Below, in pieces: positions 45,492 through 54,509 of a DNA stretch of 64,000 nt (position 1 is the first letter of the stretch; every line of letters begins with the position of its first letter). The notes under the pieces were generated by a model that searched no databases, was not told where the DNA came from, and was given only the letters and a program-made list of their open reading frames with translations. The position numbers and the translations under genes were made by a program. The DNA is from an uncultured virus (IMG/VR IMGVR_UViG_3300038318_000272). Lineage: Duplodnaviria; Heunggongvirae; Uroviricota; Caudoviricetes. The stretch is taken from positions 1 to 64,000 of IMG/VR virus record IMGVR_UViG_3300038318_000272. One strand, written 5' to 3'.

Positions 45492-48061
45492 TGGGTTACA
45501 CGTCCATTCATGAGCTTCCCGAATCAGTTCGGAAATCCCTGAGCAAAGAGGACTGTCAGATTTGGATGGATTCCTACAACACCATCTCCACATCCCCAGA
45601 TGTTGAGATTCCTGCCTTCTGGGAAGGATATGAGGCTTGTTATTTCCGCAAGATGGCGTGGGAATGTTGCACAAGGCTCCCCTCTTCCAGATATGTGAAG
45701 GCGAGAGCAACATCCGACACCATAGATAATGATAGAGAGGTCATGGATATCCATGCCCATATGGAAGAGGGTAAATACCTCATCTGGGAAGGCGGAACGG
45801 TCATAGACGGGCACACCAACAAGGTATCGGGAACCGTCTGGAATATATACATTGAATTCGACCCCAAGACGGGAGAGGAATCAATCGTTGCAGAAATCAA
45901 CATATTCCGTGGGAAGGATAATTACAACAAACTATGGAACGCCATTAGGCGTGGCAATCTGCAATGGTCTATGGGGGTCAGAGTAGATAAAGCCAGGAAA
46001 GAGTGCGATAAGAGAGGGTGCTATTTAAGAGTGTTCCCAGAGCATTGGTACGAGTTATCTGTTGTGTACAGGGGTGTGAACCCACACACGGAAACCATAT
46101 GTGTTTTAGATGGTGGTGCGAGCTTAGACGGCGGACTAGGCAAACCCGATGTGTTGAAGGGAGATATGGGTGCGTTGATAGATTTCAACGTAAATGAGGA
46201 TTCTCCCTGTCCCATGAAGCAGAGATATTTCGATTTCAAGGATGATATGCAGGAACAATTCCCAGAACTCACAGTTCACGGTATGGAAGGTGGGGCAATA
46301 TTAATATATGGGAACATCTCGGACGAAGCTCGTATTTATATTTCACGGGAATATAATGATTTTTCAATGAATGAGTGTAACGGGGTTAATGACGGTGAAT
46401 CCGCCATAATCATTACAAAACCACAAGAAATCGGAAACCCAGATGAAATCTTGGATAAAATAATGTTCCTCTTGAAGGACGAACAAGAAGCAATCGCAGG
46501 ATATAACGCTGTCATGAACTTCCTGATACAGGAAGGAAATCTCGATGAGGAGCAAAGAGTAGCCCTCGAAGCAATGTTCGGAGAGGTGATTCATGACGAA
46601 GAGAATCACATCGGTGTGGTTCTGGAGGCGGTGAAGTCGATTCTTCCCGATTTATACTCTGCCATACAAGAGGGTGTACAAGAAGCGAAAGATGTAACGA
46701 AAGGATGTCCTAACGGCCAGCATGACCATGACGGAGTATCGGGATGCCATGATGTGTTCCGTAAGCACGGCATGGACAAACGCATAATGCCCGAAGGCAA
46801 AATGGACCTTACTGATGAGCAGATTGATACGAATGCCATATTCAATATGTCTACCGAGAATCTTAAGGCTCTGATTTTGAAAGTGACAAACATAATCTCC
46901 AAACTCAGCGAGAGTGATAGGAATGAATTTTTCGCATCATCCTCGGGGAAGGAGTTCGTTATGTTATTCTTAGAATATAAGAGACGCAAGTCGGCAGACA
47001 AGGAGAAAGGAGTGGAAATGAACGCAGTAGAGAATATCGTCTCTCCCGAGACATCCGAGGATGTTTTGAAGGGGGAGGGTGTAGATATTCTCGGCTCTCT
47101 CGCAAGTATCGTTTCCGTTGTGAGTGTACTGAAGGCGCAGATTGATGCTATAGGTTTAGACCTCAAAAGTGTCAAAGCATCGCTCTCCAGTCTCTCTGGC
47201 GGTAAAGCCGATATAACCGATGCTATTCTCTCAGAAATGGGAAGTGGCGCAGGAGGTACAGAGGGAATCGAGGAAATCATACCCTCTGTAGAACCTGGTG
47301 TCGTTCCCGAGACCGCCGTTGAGGAAGTTCCTCCCCAACTGGCCGAGGGAAAAGCAGAAGAGGGCCCCCCTGAGACCAAATCCGAGGAGAAGGAGAAAGA
47401 GGAAGTAGCCGAAGAGAAGCCTGCCGAAGGCGACTCCGAGTCTGAACCTCCGAATACCGAATCAGAGGAGAGCAAGGAAGAGGATAAGCCTGAAGAGAAG
47501 CCCAAGGATGATGAGAAAACCGAGGATGCCTCTGAGAAGAAAGAGGAATCCAAAGAGACCGAATCCAAAGAAGCAGAGTCTGATGAGGACCCCGACAAGA
47601 AGAAAGGGTCCGAAGGCGAAGTGACTGATGTGGGCGCATCTAACGGTGAGTCCTTGCAAGAGCCTGATGCCAAAGCCGATGGAATGGGTGTTTCCCAATC
47701 TGTCTCCGAGAACCCAGCATCCGCTGGGGTCGGGGACAGCATTGCAACAGCCGATTCAAAGGTGGACAGTGTTCAAGGAAATCTTTCCAACGGCGGAAAG
47801 ATGGACACTTGGCAGACACGTGTTGACGACCTTAAGGCGAAGGGAGTCGAACTTCCCACCAGCGAGAGTGGCGGAGTATCTATTACCGACCAGCAAACCG
47901 TTCAGGTTACTGGAAAGTATGACTCCATCCCTCCCAGCAGAACCGTGCCTGGTGATGTTTTTGATGCCAACCCTGGCAAGAGGGCAAGCGTCAGAGACCA
48001 ACTGGGCAGGATTCCGTCCAGAGAGTTTGTCAACCGCTATTTGGAGGAATTAAGGAACTGA
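45491..48061 (+). CDS. prohead protease/scaffold polyprotein (ChaB-like + HK97-type protease + ferritin-like + acidic scaffold)
   Basis: YTSIHELPESVR (ChaB-like); DNDRE, DGH, WSMG, YELSVV..GVNP (protease); EQEAIAGY..DEENH; E/K/S-rich tail. Confidence 0.75.
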   Translation: MGYTSIHELPESVRKSLSKEDCQIWMDSYNTISTSPDVEIPAFWEGYEACYFRKMAWECCTRLPSSRYVKARATSDTIDNDREVMDIHAHMEEGKYLIWEGGTVIDGHTNKVSGTVWNIYIEFDPKTGEESIVAEINIFRGKDNYNKLWNAIRRGNLQWSMGVRVDKARKECDKRGCYLRVFPEHWYELSVVYRGVNPHTETICVLDGGASLDGGLGKPDVLKGDMGALIDFNVNEDSPCPMKQRYFDFKDDMQEQFPELTVHGMEGGAILIYGNISDEARIYISREYNDFSMNECNGVNDGESAIIITKPQEIGNPDEILDKIMFLLKDEQEAIAGYNAVMNFLIQEGNLDEEQRVALEAMFGEVIHDEENHIGVVLEAVKSILPDLYSAIQEGVQEAKDVTKGCPNGQHDHDGVSGCHDVFRKHGMDKRIMPEGKMDLTDEQIDTNAIFNMSTENLKALILKVTNIISKLSESDRNEFFASSSGKEFVMLFLEYKRRKSADKEKGVEMNAVENIVSPETSEDVLKGEGVDILGSLASIVSVVSVLKAQIDAIGLDLKSVKASLSSLSGGKADITDAILSEMGSGAGGTEGIEEIIPSVEPGVVPETAVEEVPPQLAEGKAEEGPPETKSEEKEKEEVAEEKPAEGDSESEPPNTESEESKEEDKPEEKPKDDEKTEDASEKKEESKETESKEAESDEDPDKKKGSEGEVTDVGASNGESLQEPDAKADGMGVSQSVSENPASAGVGDSIATADSKVDSVQGNLSNGGKMDTWQTRVDDLKAKGVELPTSESGGVSITDQQTVQVTGKYDSIPPSRTVPGDVFDANPGKRASVRDQLGRIPSREFVNRYLEELRN

Positions 48062-48071
48062 GGTAACATAT

Positions 48072-49379
48072 ATGTTTGGAAATGTAATAGGACAGACAGC
48101 AGACGGATTTCCTCTTTTCAACTCCATGGAGGATGTGCAGACATACTCCTGGGGGGACAAAGAGGAGTTCGCACAGAGAACCAAGGGTTACAACACCATA
48201 GGTATCACGACCCCTGGAGCAATGAACGCCATTTATGGCCCTGGAATAATGAACTTGGCTTACAACCTTGCCAACACTCTTGCAGTGATAGGCAGGAAGC
48301 CGTACAAGACCGCACGCAGGGTGCAGGAGAACTTGTCTAAGAGGCCCTACCAGACCTCTGGTATCGTAAGGGGCGGACACGCAAGGACTCCCGTCATGCC
48401 GAACCTCGACATGATAGAACAGCCCTACAAGCTTGTCACGCACAGGTTCAACATGACCCTCGGCGCAATAGAGATTGGCAACAAGAATATAGACGACATC
48501 GCAACGTGGAACGACCTCTTCTTACTCGAGGGACAGACCTTCATGTTCTCCCAGAACGGCGACCTTTTGAGGAGAATTGAGGACCCCCAGGAAGTCGGTC
48601 TCGGTTCCGCCGTGAACGATGGTGTTGACCCCAACTCCAACGAGTTCGTTGGTTTCGAGTCTCTTGACAGAATCATCTCTAATGCGAAAGAGGGTGATTA
48701 CCTCCCCGAGGGCTACAACGTTCCGTGGAGAATGAACCCCCAGATGCCTTCGACCGACTCTGGTGCACCGATGGCGAAGTACAGGAATTCCCAGGCCGTG
48801 AATTTCAAGGGCTACGACAACAACGCACAGTCCTATGTGGATGCCAACTACGATGAGAACACCACAACTGGTGAGGCGGAATTGAGAGTTCTCGACCTCG
48901 GTATGATAGATGCCATGTTCGCAAACTGCATCTACTACTGGCAGATGGCCGAAAACTCCAGAAAGGTCTTGACGACTGGTACCGACACCCTTCAGAAGAT
49001 GCAGACTATACTCCAGCCTCAACAGAGGTACCTTGGGTATGTCGGCTCTGAGGTTGATGTCAACGGTATCAAGACTCTGCCTGGTAGGGACACTGGATTG
49101 ATGGTCTCCACGTATCAGGGTGTACCCATGATATTCGATATGTACCAGCCCAAGGGTTACGGTGCTACCGAGGACGGCCACACAATGGATGGTGTTTCGT
49201 CTATCTATCTTATGGATACGGACAACATCTTCTTTGGAGCTCTCCGTGAGATTCAGGTCGATGCAACTGACAGCCCCCTGATAACCAACAGGTATGTCCG
49301 CCTTGCTGACATGAACTTGATGGGAGAGGTGCAGGCTACCAGCTTCCGTGGTTCTGGTAAGATAAAGCACATAAAGTAG
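48072..49379 (+). CDS. major capsid protein (HK97 fold, inferred)
   Basis: 435 aa after protease; strong C-ending codon bias; ESLDRI and YQGVP motifs; T-rich terminator follows. Confidence 0.8.
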   Translation: MFGNVIGQTADGFPLFNSMEDVQTYSWGDKEEFAQRTKGYNTIGITTPGAMNAIYGPGIMNLAYNLANTLAVIGRKPYKTARRVQENLSKRPYQTSGIVRGGHARTPVMPNLDMIEQPYKLVTHRFNMTLGAIEIGNKNIDDIATWNDLFLLEGQTFMFSQNGDLLRRIEDPQEVGLGSAVNDGVDPNSNEFVGFESLDRIISNAKEGDYLPEGYNVPWRMNPQMPSTDSGAPMAKYRNSQAVNFKGYDNNAQSYVDANYDENTTTGEAELRVLDLGMIDAMFANCIYYWQMAENSRKVLTTGTDTLQKMQTILQPQQRYLGYVGSEVDVNGIKTLPGRDTGLMVSTYQGVPMIFDMYQPKGYGATEDGHTMDGVSSIYLMDTDNIFFGALREIQVDATDSPLITNRYVRLADMNLMGEVQATSFRGSGKIKHIK

Positions 49380-49434
49380 GCGCACAACACGCCAACTAAA
49401 CCCTTTACTTATTTTTACATTTTAAAGTTTAATT

Positions 49435-49519
49435 TGGAGTGGGGGATGGGAATCGAACCCACGAACCTCTACGGAAAAGGTCTTAAGCCTTTTGCATTTG
49501 GCCACTCTGCAACCCCCAC
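49435..49519 (-). tRNA. tRNA-Leu(UAA), CCA encoded, U73
   Basis: GTGGGGG/CCCCCAC acceptor, AAAGG-CTTAAGA-CCTTT, variable arm, GGTTCGATTCC. Confidence 0.9.
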
Positions 49520-49520
49520 A

Positions 49521-49605
49521 TGGAGCGAGGGAAGGGATTTGAACCCATGAACCTCTACAGATGGAGTCTTGAGCCCCACGCCTTTGGCCACTCAGCAACC
49601 CTCGC
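49521..49605 (-). tRNA. tRNA-Leu(CAA), CCA encoded, U73
   Basis: GCGAGGG/CCCTCGC acceptor, TGGGG-CTCAAGA-CTCCA, variable arm, GGTTCAAATCC. Confidence 0.9.
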
Positions 49606-49716
49606 TTGTAATTCTTACACACTCTGTACCTATTTAAACATTTTCATTTCCCAAACTGTTTTTATATCCTAATATATATGGCCGTGTATGAGTGAGCAAT
49701 CACTTAGGAGATTACC

Positions 49717-50661
49717 ATGGTAACAATAACCGCAAGCGCAGGAACTGGAGGGACTATAGACCCTACTGGAGAAGTTACGGTTGAAGCGGGTGGAAACCAA
49801 GTCTTTACTTTCACCCCCTCAACTGGATATGAGGTTGATACTGTTCTCGTCGGGGGTGTAGCCGTCACAGTTACAGGCAACACCTACGAGATTGAGAACG
49901 TGACCGCAGATACAACTATCGCTGTATCTTTCAAAGAGACCATAGTCTCTTACACCATCACCGCAACTGCTGGAACAGGCGGGACTATAGACCCGACTGG
50001 AGAAGTCACTGTCGTATCGGGTGAGGACCAGACCTTTACCTTCACGGCAGGGGCTGGATATGAGATAGATAAGGTACTTGTCGATGGGGTGGAAGTCACC
50101 ATTTCTGGTAACACCTATACTATGACGAATGTGACGGAAGACGGAACGATTGCTGTTTCCTTCAAAGAGACCATAGTCCCTTACACCATCACCGCAACTG
50201 CTGGGAATGGCGGAACTATTGCACCGTCTGGTGCGGTGGAAGTGGAAGCTGGAGCAGACCAGATTTTCACAATAACGGCTGGAACTGGCTTTGAGATAGA
50301 TGATGTTCTTGTAGGCGGTGTTTCAGTTGGAAAGGTAGGAACCTACACGTTCGAGGATGTGTCGGCTGATTCCACCATTGCTGTGTCTTTCAAGGCGGTT
50401 GAGCCCGAGCCCGTTGTCGTAGGCCCTCGGGCCAAAGTGATACATGACGTGTTTGGAGCTACCCGTGTAGATGTCATACACCTTAGAGGCAGGTATGCTG
50501 TCGGCGGAGTCAAGATTGGCCTCAAACAGGGCATCGTCTTACTCGATGGTGGATTCATAGGCAGTATAGTCGGTGGTGCCTTGGTCGTGTCTAACGGCAG
50601 TGGAGAGCTCTCTGCTGGGACTGTTGTAGACGGCATATCTGGGATTGTTTTCTATAAGTAA
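49717..50661 (+). CDS. virion decoration/adhesin-like protein with three ~77-aa InlB-B/Flg_new-like repeats
   Basis: YTITATAGTGGTI.P.G...F.....GYE.D.VLV.G repeated; 231-bp DNA period. Confidence 0.75.
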   Translation: MVTITASAGTGGTIDPTGEVTVEAGGNQVFTFTPSTGYEVDTVLVGGVAVTVTGNTYEIENVTADTTIAVSFKETIVSYTITATAGTGGTIDPTGEVTVVSGEDQTFTFTAGAGYEIDKVLVDGVEVTISGNTYTMTNVTEDGTIAVSFKETIVPYTITATAGNGGTIAPSGAVEVEAGADQIFTITAGTGFEIDDVLVGGVSVGKVGTYTFEDVSADSTIAVSFKAVEPEPVVVGPRAKVIHDVFGATRVDVIHLRGRYAVGGVKIGLKQGIVLLDGGFIGSIVGGALVVSNGSGELSAGTVVDGISGIVFYK

Positions 50662-50741
50662 ACACCCACCCCCCAAACCCTTTTCTTCTTTTTACATTTG
50701 GGCTTTTACTGTTTATATATCTCAAAAAGTATCCTGCCTTC

Positions 50742-51932
50742 ATGTCTTTAATCGTCTACCCGAGTGAATCTTGGGAGTTTTCATATAAGGGGTATGAGGG
50801 GATGGGACCCTATGTCGAGAATGGAGTAGAGGTTGCATCTCTCGAAGAGGATGAGAGCAACAGACAACTCAGAATGAACATCAAAGAGTTACCTAAAAAC
50901 TTCAAACTTAAGGTGTATTTCAAAGACCCACTCGGCGCATCTATAGCCATTGAGAACAAATTGATGGTTTCTTTCAAGGCAACGTCTACCCCTTCCGATT
51001 TCAATAAATTCGAGTTGTTCTTAGAGGATTTCAACGGCAAGATTGCAACATACTCTTTCAACAACGAGGACTTAGGAAAAGAGACCAGAATCAACACCAA
51101 GGCACTGGTCAAGGAAACAGGATTCAACGATTCATACGTAGTCAAGATAGGATTCAACATAGATACGTGCAAAGTTGAGAGGAACGGGTTTATGTTCGTA
51201 CTCGGCGGATTGGAGTTCTCTTCCGCACAGAACCCTTCTTACTGCGACCCCCAAGAGGTCATAGAGTTCTTAGGCATGGTCGATAACAGAGGTCAACCCT
51301 TTAAGCTCACGGAAAGCTCAACCCCAACATATTCTGCGATAGCAAAGCGTATTGTAGAAGCCGAGGCATACGTTGAAGCTCAATGCAGACGGGCGTGGAT
51401 AGAGAGAAGAGTGGTCGGAGAGATAAGAAATGCGTCTTATTTCGGAATCACTGCAACTCGGTATGCGAGGTTGGCGATGGATACTCATTCCGAATCTGGA
51501 TTGAATATGCTGTTCAGAGGTATCCCCGTGAAACTCACGAACAACTACATTCTCCCGATAGACAACTCTAAAGGAGATAAGGTTGAAGTGAGGAGATATG
51601 GAGCGCATTGGGTGGATGTGTCAGACCAAGCAGTATGGGAAGACCCGTTGAAGGGGATAATATTCATTCAACAGTTCTTCGTTCAGGATGATACGTCCGT
51701 TCGTGTAACGTACAGACACGGCCACGGCCCCGTGCCCGATGATATCAAGCGTGCTGTATTGCTCAAATGCGCCATGCAAATCATTCAGACGGATTGGTTC
51801 AGACAACACTTTCCACAAGCGTGGGAAGAGGGTTTCGCCCCTAACAAAGGAGATGTTTATCGTGCATGGACATGGGAGCTCAAGAACATACTCTCCGCCT
51901 ATTCGTCTCACTTTGCGATAGGGGGAATGTGA
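50742..51932 (+). CDS. head-tail adaptor with extra N-terminal domain
   Basis: YCDPQEV, EAEAYVE..CRRAW, VRVTYRHG..PVPDDIKRA. Confidence 0.65.
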   Translation: MSLIVYPSESWEFSYKGYEGMGPYVENGVEVASLEEDESNRQLRMNIKELPKNFKLKVYFKDPLGASIAIENKLMVSFKATSTPSDFNKFELFLEDFNGKIATYSFNNEDLGKETRINTKALVKETGFNDSYVVKIGFNIDTCKVERNGFMFVLGGLEFSSAQNPSYCDPQEVIEFLGMVDNRGQPFKLTESSTPTYSAIAKRIVEAEAYVEAQCRRAWIERRVVGEIRNASYFGITATRYARLAMDTHSESGLNMLFRGIPVKLTNNYILPIDNSKGDKVEVRRYGAHWVDVSDQAVWEDPLKGIIFIQQFFVQDDTSVRVTYRHGHGPVPDDIKRAVLLKCAMQIIQTDWFRQHFPQAWEEGFAPNKGDVYRAWTWELKNILSAYSSHFAIGGM

Positions 51933-52439
51933 GTGGCATCCAAGTACCCTAACGATTTCGTTGAGAGCGGGTATGTATATGATGATGTTCAGCTCCTATT
52001 CAAGATTCTTTCCACAAATTGGAGGAGAGAAGCTTTCAAAGACGACGTTGTGATATTCTGGGACGAGGATAACGACATATCAACATTCAACTTCGGTACA
52101 GGAGAGATTGCAGTCAAGATACTCGATGAGGAGATGATTGTCGAGAAGAAAGGAATGGCAAGAGACTCGGAGCAGATTGACAGATTCATAAGTATTGATG
52201 TCAGAGCACTGGACAGGGAGAAGTTCTTATCTGTGATGGGGGAAGTCAGACGTATATTGAATCTTTATCGGTTGAGACCTGGGAACGAGTATGACGTTCT
52301 GGACTTTCAATCATACTATCCTAAGAGACCGAGCTACAAGTTCTATCACGGACAGATAAAGGTTGTTTTCAAAGCCTTCTACAAGATATTGCCCGTTGCG
52401 AATTGGTTAGGGTGTTCCGAAAGGCCGAGAAGCGGATAG
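51933..52439 (+). CDS. putative tail terminator/neck protein
   Basis: Size and position between adaptor and tail tube. Confidence 0.5.
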   Translation: MASKYPNDFVESGYVYDDVQLLFKILSTNWRREAFKDDVVIFWDEDNDISTFNFGTGEIAVKILDEEMIVEKKGMARDSEQIDRFISIDVRALDREKFLSVMGEVRRILNLYRLRPGNEYDVLDFQSYYPKRPSYKFYHGQIKVVFKAFYKILPVANWLGCSERPRSG

Positions 52440-52510
52440 GGCCCCAACGACTAGTTTATATTTCTCACACTATATGCAGTCATTGTACTCAAAAGTACAG
52501 GATGATTGTC

Positions 52511-53842
52511 ATGAGTGGATACAGATTTGCAGTTGGTTGGGGAGAACTCGATAGAACGAAAGCTACTGCTGGAGCCTATACGGGACCCACGGTAAAGGTT
52601 AACGGGGTAGAGCATACCCCCTTCAACAGGCTCCCCTTCTCTGGGAATGTCATGAAGACCCCCTCTCAGATTTTTGCAGAGAGGGAAACCACAGTTGAGG
52701 GTGAAAAACCCCTAATCAAAGACCTTTATGGAAGGTTCGGTGCTGGTGTCTCTGTATCTATCACTCGTAACCGCAATCTCAATCCTGTCTATGACCACGG
52801 CATAAGGCATTTCACTGCCGTATCGTCTGGGATGTATGATGTGGGTTTTGAGATAAATGGAAAATTCTCCCCTGAATTCTCTCAGTGGCTCGCATACATC
52901 TATGGCACGAATGAAGTAGAGATAAAAAGCGATACAACCTTTGCAAATATAAATTCTGTGATACCTGAGAAGATATTTAACTATCTTAAATCTGCTGAGA
53001 CTGGCGTGACGAAGACCGTGTACGCTTTCAAGAATTGGGCAGTTCCTAGGATGTTCGACTTAGCGTATGTGCAAGTTAACTCTGTTACACCCGCTGGCGG
53101 TAAGAACATACTCGGTATTCTGGTCGGATGTGCCATTGACAGCGTAACCCTTACTTATGAGTCTGGAAATGATGCTACTGCTACTTTCAAGATAAGCGGT
53201 GTTGCACTCAACGATTTCGTACAGATGGCGGATGTCCCCTTCGACCTGAATTGCTACATAGCAGACATACCTCTCAACGTGCTGGTTGCGGGGTGCCTGA
53301 GCAAGGGTCAGGAAGACGGGACCGAGATGAAATACACCCCCATAGCGCAGACTGAGCGTGCAGAGATTACCATCTCGAATAACCTCTATAAATTACCTCA
53401 GTGCCTGGATAACGTCTATTCGGGATACGCTTATGGGAATCTGGATTTCGGGATATCCACCAAAACTTACTCCAATGACCCCGATAAGTACCTGAAGCAC
53501 CTGTACGGTGTTGACACTATTACGGCAAATCAGTTGTTCGTTACAAAGAAGATACCGAAGCCGATACCCCACCTCCTGATTCGCTCCGATAACTCCTCGA
53601 TAACAGAATCAGCTACTCATGCGCTGGAGATATTCCTTGAGGGCACCTATGTAGGGCAGTTGGATGTGGCTCCGTCCGAGGGTAACCCTATCATGGATGA
53701 GCCTGAGCTATCTCCCAGAAAGCTATATATAGCTGTAACTACAACTGCTGGTCAGAACGAAGAGGAATACGTTCCCGATGCTGGCGACCCTACTAACGAT
53801 GTTGCGCTGGATGCGGACTATTTCTATGGTTCTTTAGATTGA
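52511..53842 (+). CDS. putative major tail tube protein
   Basis: Beta-rich; LVGCAIDSVTL; precedes chaperone and tape measure. Confidence 0.6.
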   Translation: MSGYRFAVGWGELDRTKATAGAYTGPTVKVNGVEHTPFNRLPFSGNVMKTPSQIFAERETTVEGEKPLIKDLYGRFGAGVSVSITRNRNLNPVYDHGIRHFTAVSSGMYDVGFEINGKFSPEFSQWLAYIYGTNEVEIKSDTTFANINSVIPEKIFNYLKSAETGVTKTVYAFKNWAVPRMFDLAYVQVNSVTPAGGKNILGILVGCAIDSVTLTYESGNDATATFKISGVALNDFVQMADVPFDLNCYIADIPLNVLVAGCLSKGQEDGTEMKYTPIAQTERAEITISNNLYKLPQCLDNVYSGYAYGNLDFGISTKTYSNDPDKYLKHLYGVDTITANQLFVTKKIPKPIPHLLIRSDNSSITESATHALEIFLEGTYVGQLDVAPSEGNPIMDEPELSPRKLYIAVTTTAGQNEEEYVPDAGDPTNDVALDADYFYGSLD

Positions 53843-53856
53843 ATAGGTGAATAATA

Positions 53857-54270
53857 ATGAGTGGACAACTACCCAAACTACGCACAAAGGTGTTCTCTCT
53901 TGAGCCTTACGGAGGCGAGGGGGAATTCACTCTCAGAGAACTCTCTGGGATGACCAAGCAGGCTATAACCATGAACGTGCTCAGGAAAGCATCAATCGAC
54001 CTGGGCAGAACGGACTTCCTTCCTAACAACACTTCTAAGAAGAAGGTGGAGGGTGGCGACCTATCCATTGAAGCTGTGCTGATGATATATAGTTTCGAGA
54101 TTTACAAGGCACAGATTCTGGCAAGCGTTATAGATGGACCTGGGGTGGAGAACGGAAGATTGAGCGTAGAAGCAGTCAATTCCTTCAGGGAGGATTTGAT
54201 AGAGGGGCTTATGGAGGCGATACTCGACTTCGATAAGTTCCCTTTAGTGCAGACAGGTGGGACGGAGTAG
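53857..54270 (+). CDS. tail assembly chaperone (gpG-like)
   Basis: FTLRELSG; slippery C CCT TTA near end. Confidence 0.7.
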   Translation: MSGQLPKLRTKVFSLEPYGGEGEFTLRELSGMTKQAITMNVLRKASIDLGRTDFLPNNTSKKKVEGGDLSIEAVLMIYSFEIYKAQILASVIDGPGVENGRLSVEAVNSFREDLIEGLMEAILDFDKFPLVQTGGTE

Positions 54271-54509
54271 AAGAAAGAGCGATAGACGCATACGTGAGAG
54301 GTGTAGAGTTCGGCTCAGACAACCTCGAAATAAACTCTTTGATAGTGATGGCAGACTGGATGGCTAACACAGGTAAGGGGTCTGCGGACTGGATGGATTT
54401 ATCCGATTCAGACCGCAAACTCCTTATCGTAAACTATTTCGCAAGGGAGAGGAGAAATAAGAGCATGATGAAGTTGGCGATTCAGGAGGCTTTTAGTAAA
54501 AATGGGTAG
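54240..54509 (+). CDS. -1 frameshift extension of tail assembly chaperone (gpGT-like)
   Basis: -1 frame from CCCTTTA is open to 54509 (FSADRWDGVEERAIDAYVRGVEFG...). Confidence 0.7.
   Translation, partial: PFSADRWDGVEERAIDAYVRGVEFGSDNLEINSLIVMADWMANTGKGSADWMDLSDSDRKLLIVNYFARERRNKSMMKLAIQEAFSKNG

Noticed and set aside
46606..47742. 378-aa minus-strand Ser-rich ORF and similar antisense ORFs (8678-9400, 35292-36137, 41519-42277, 48522-49385)
   Set aside because: Shadows of well-supported genes on the opposite strand; no RBS or motifs.
49377..49560. Pyrrolysine or amber readthrough of the capsid TAG
   Set aside because: The extension runs through a T-rich terminator and antisense tRNA sequence, with no protein-like signal.
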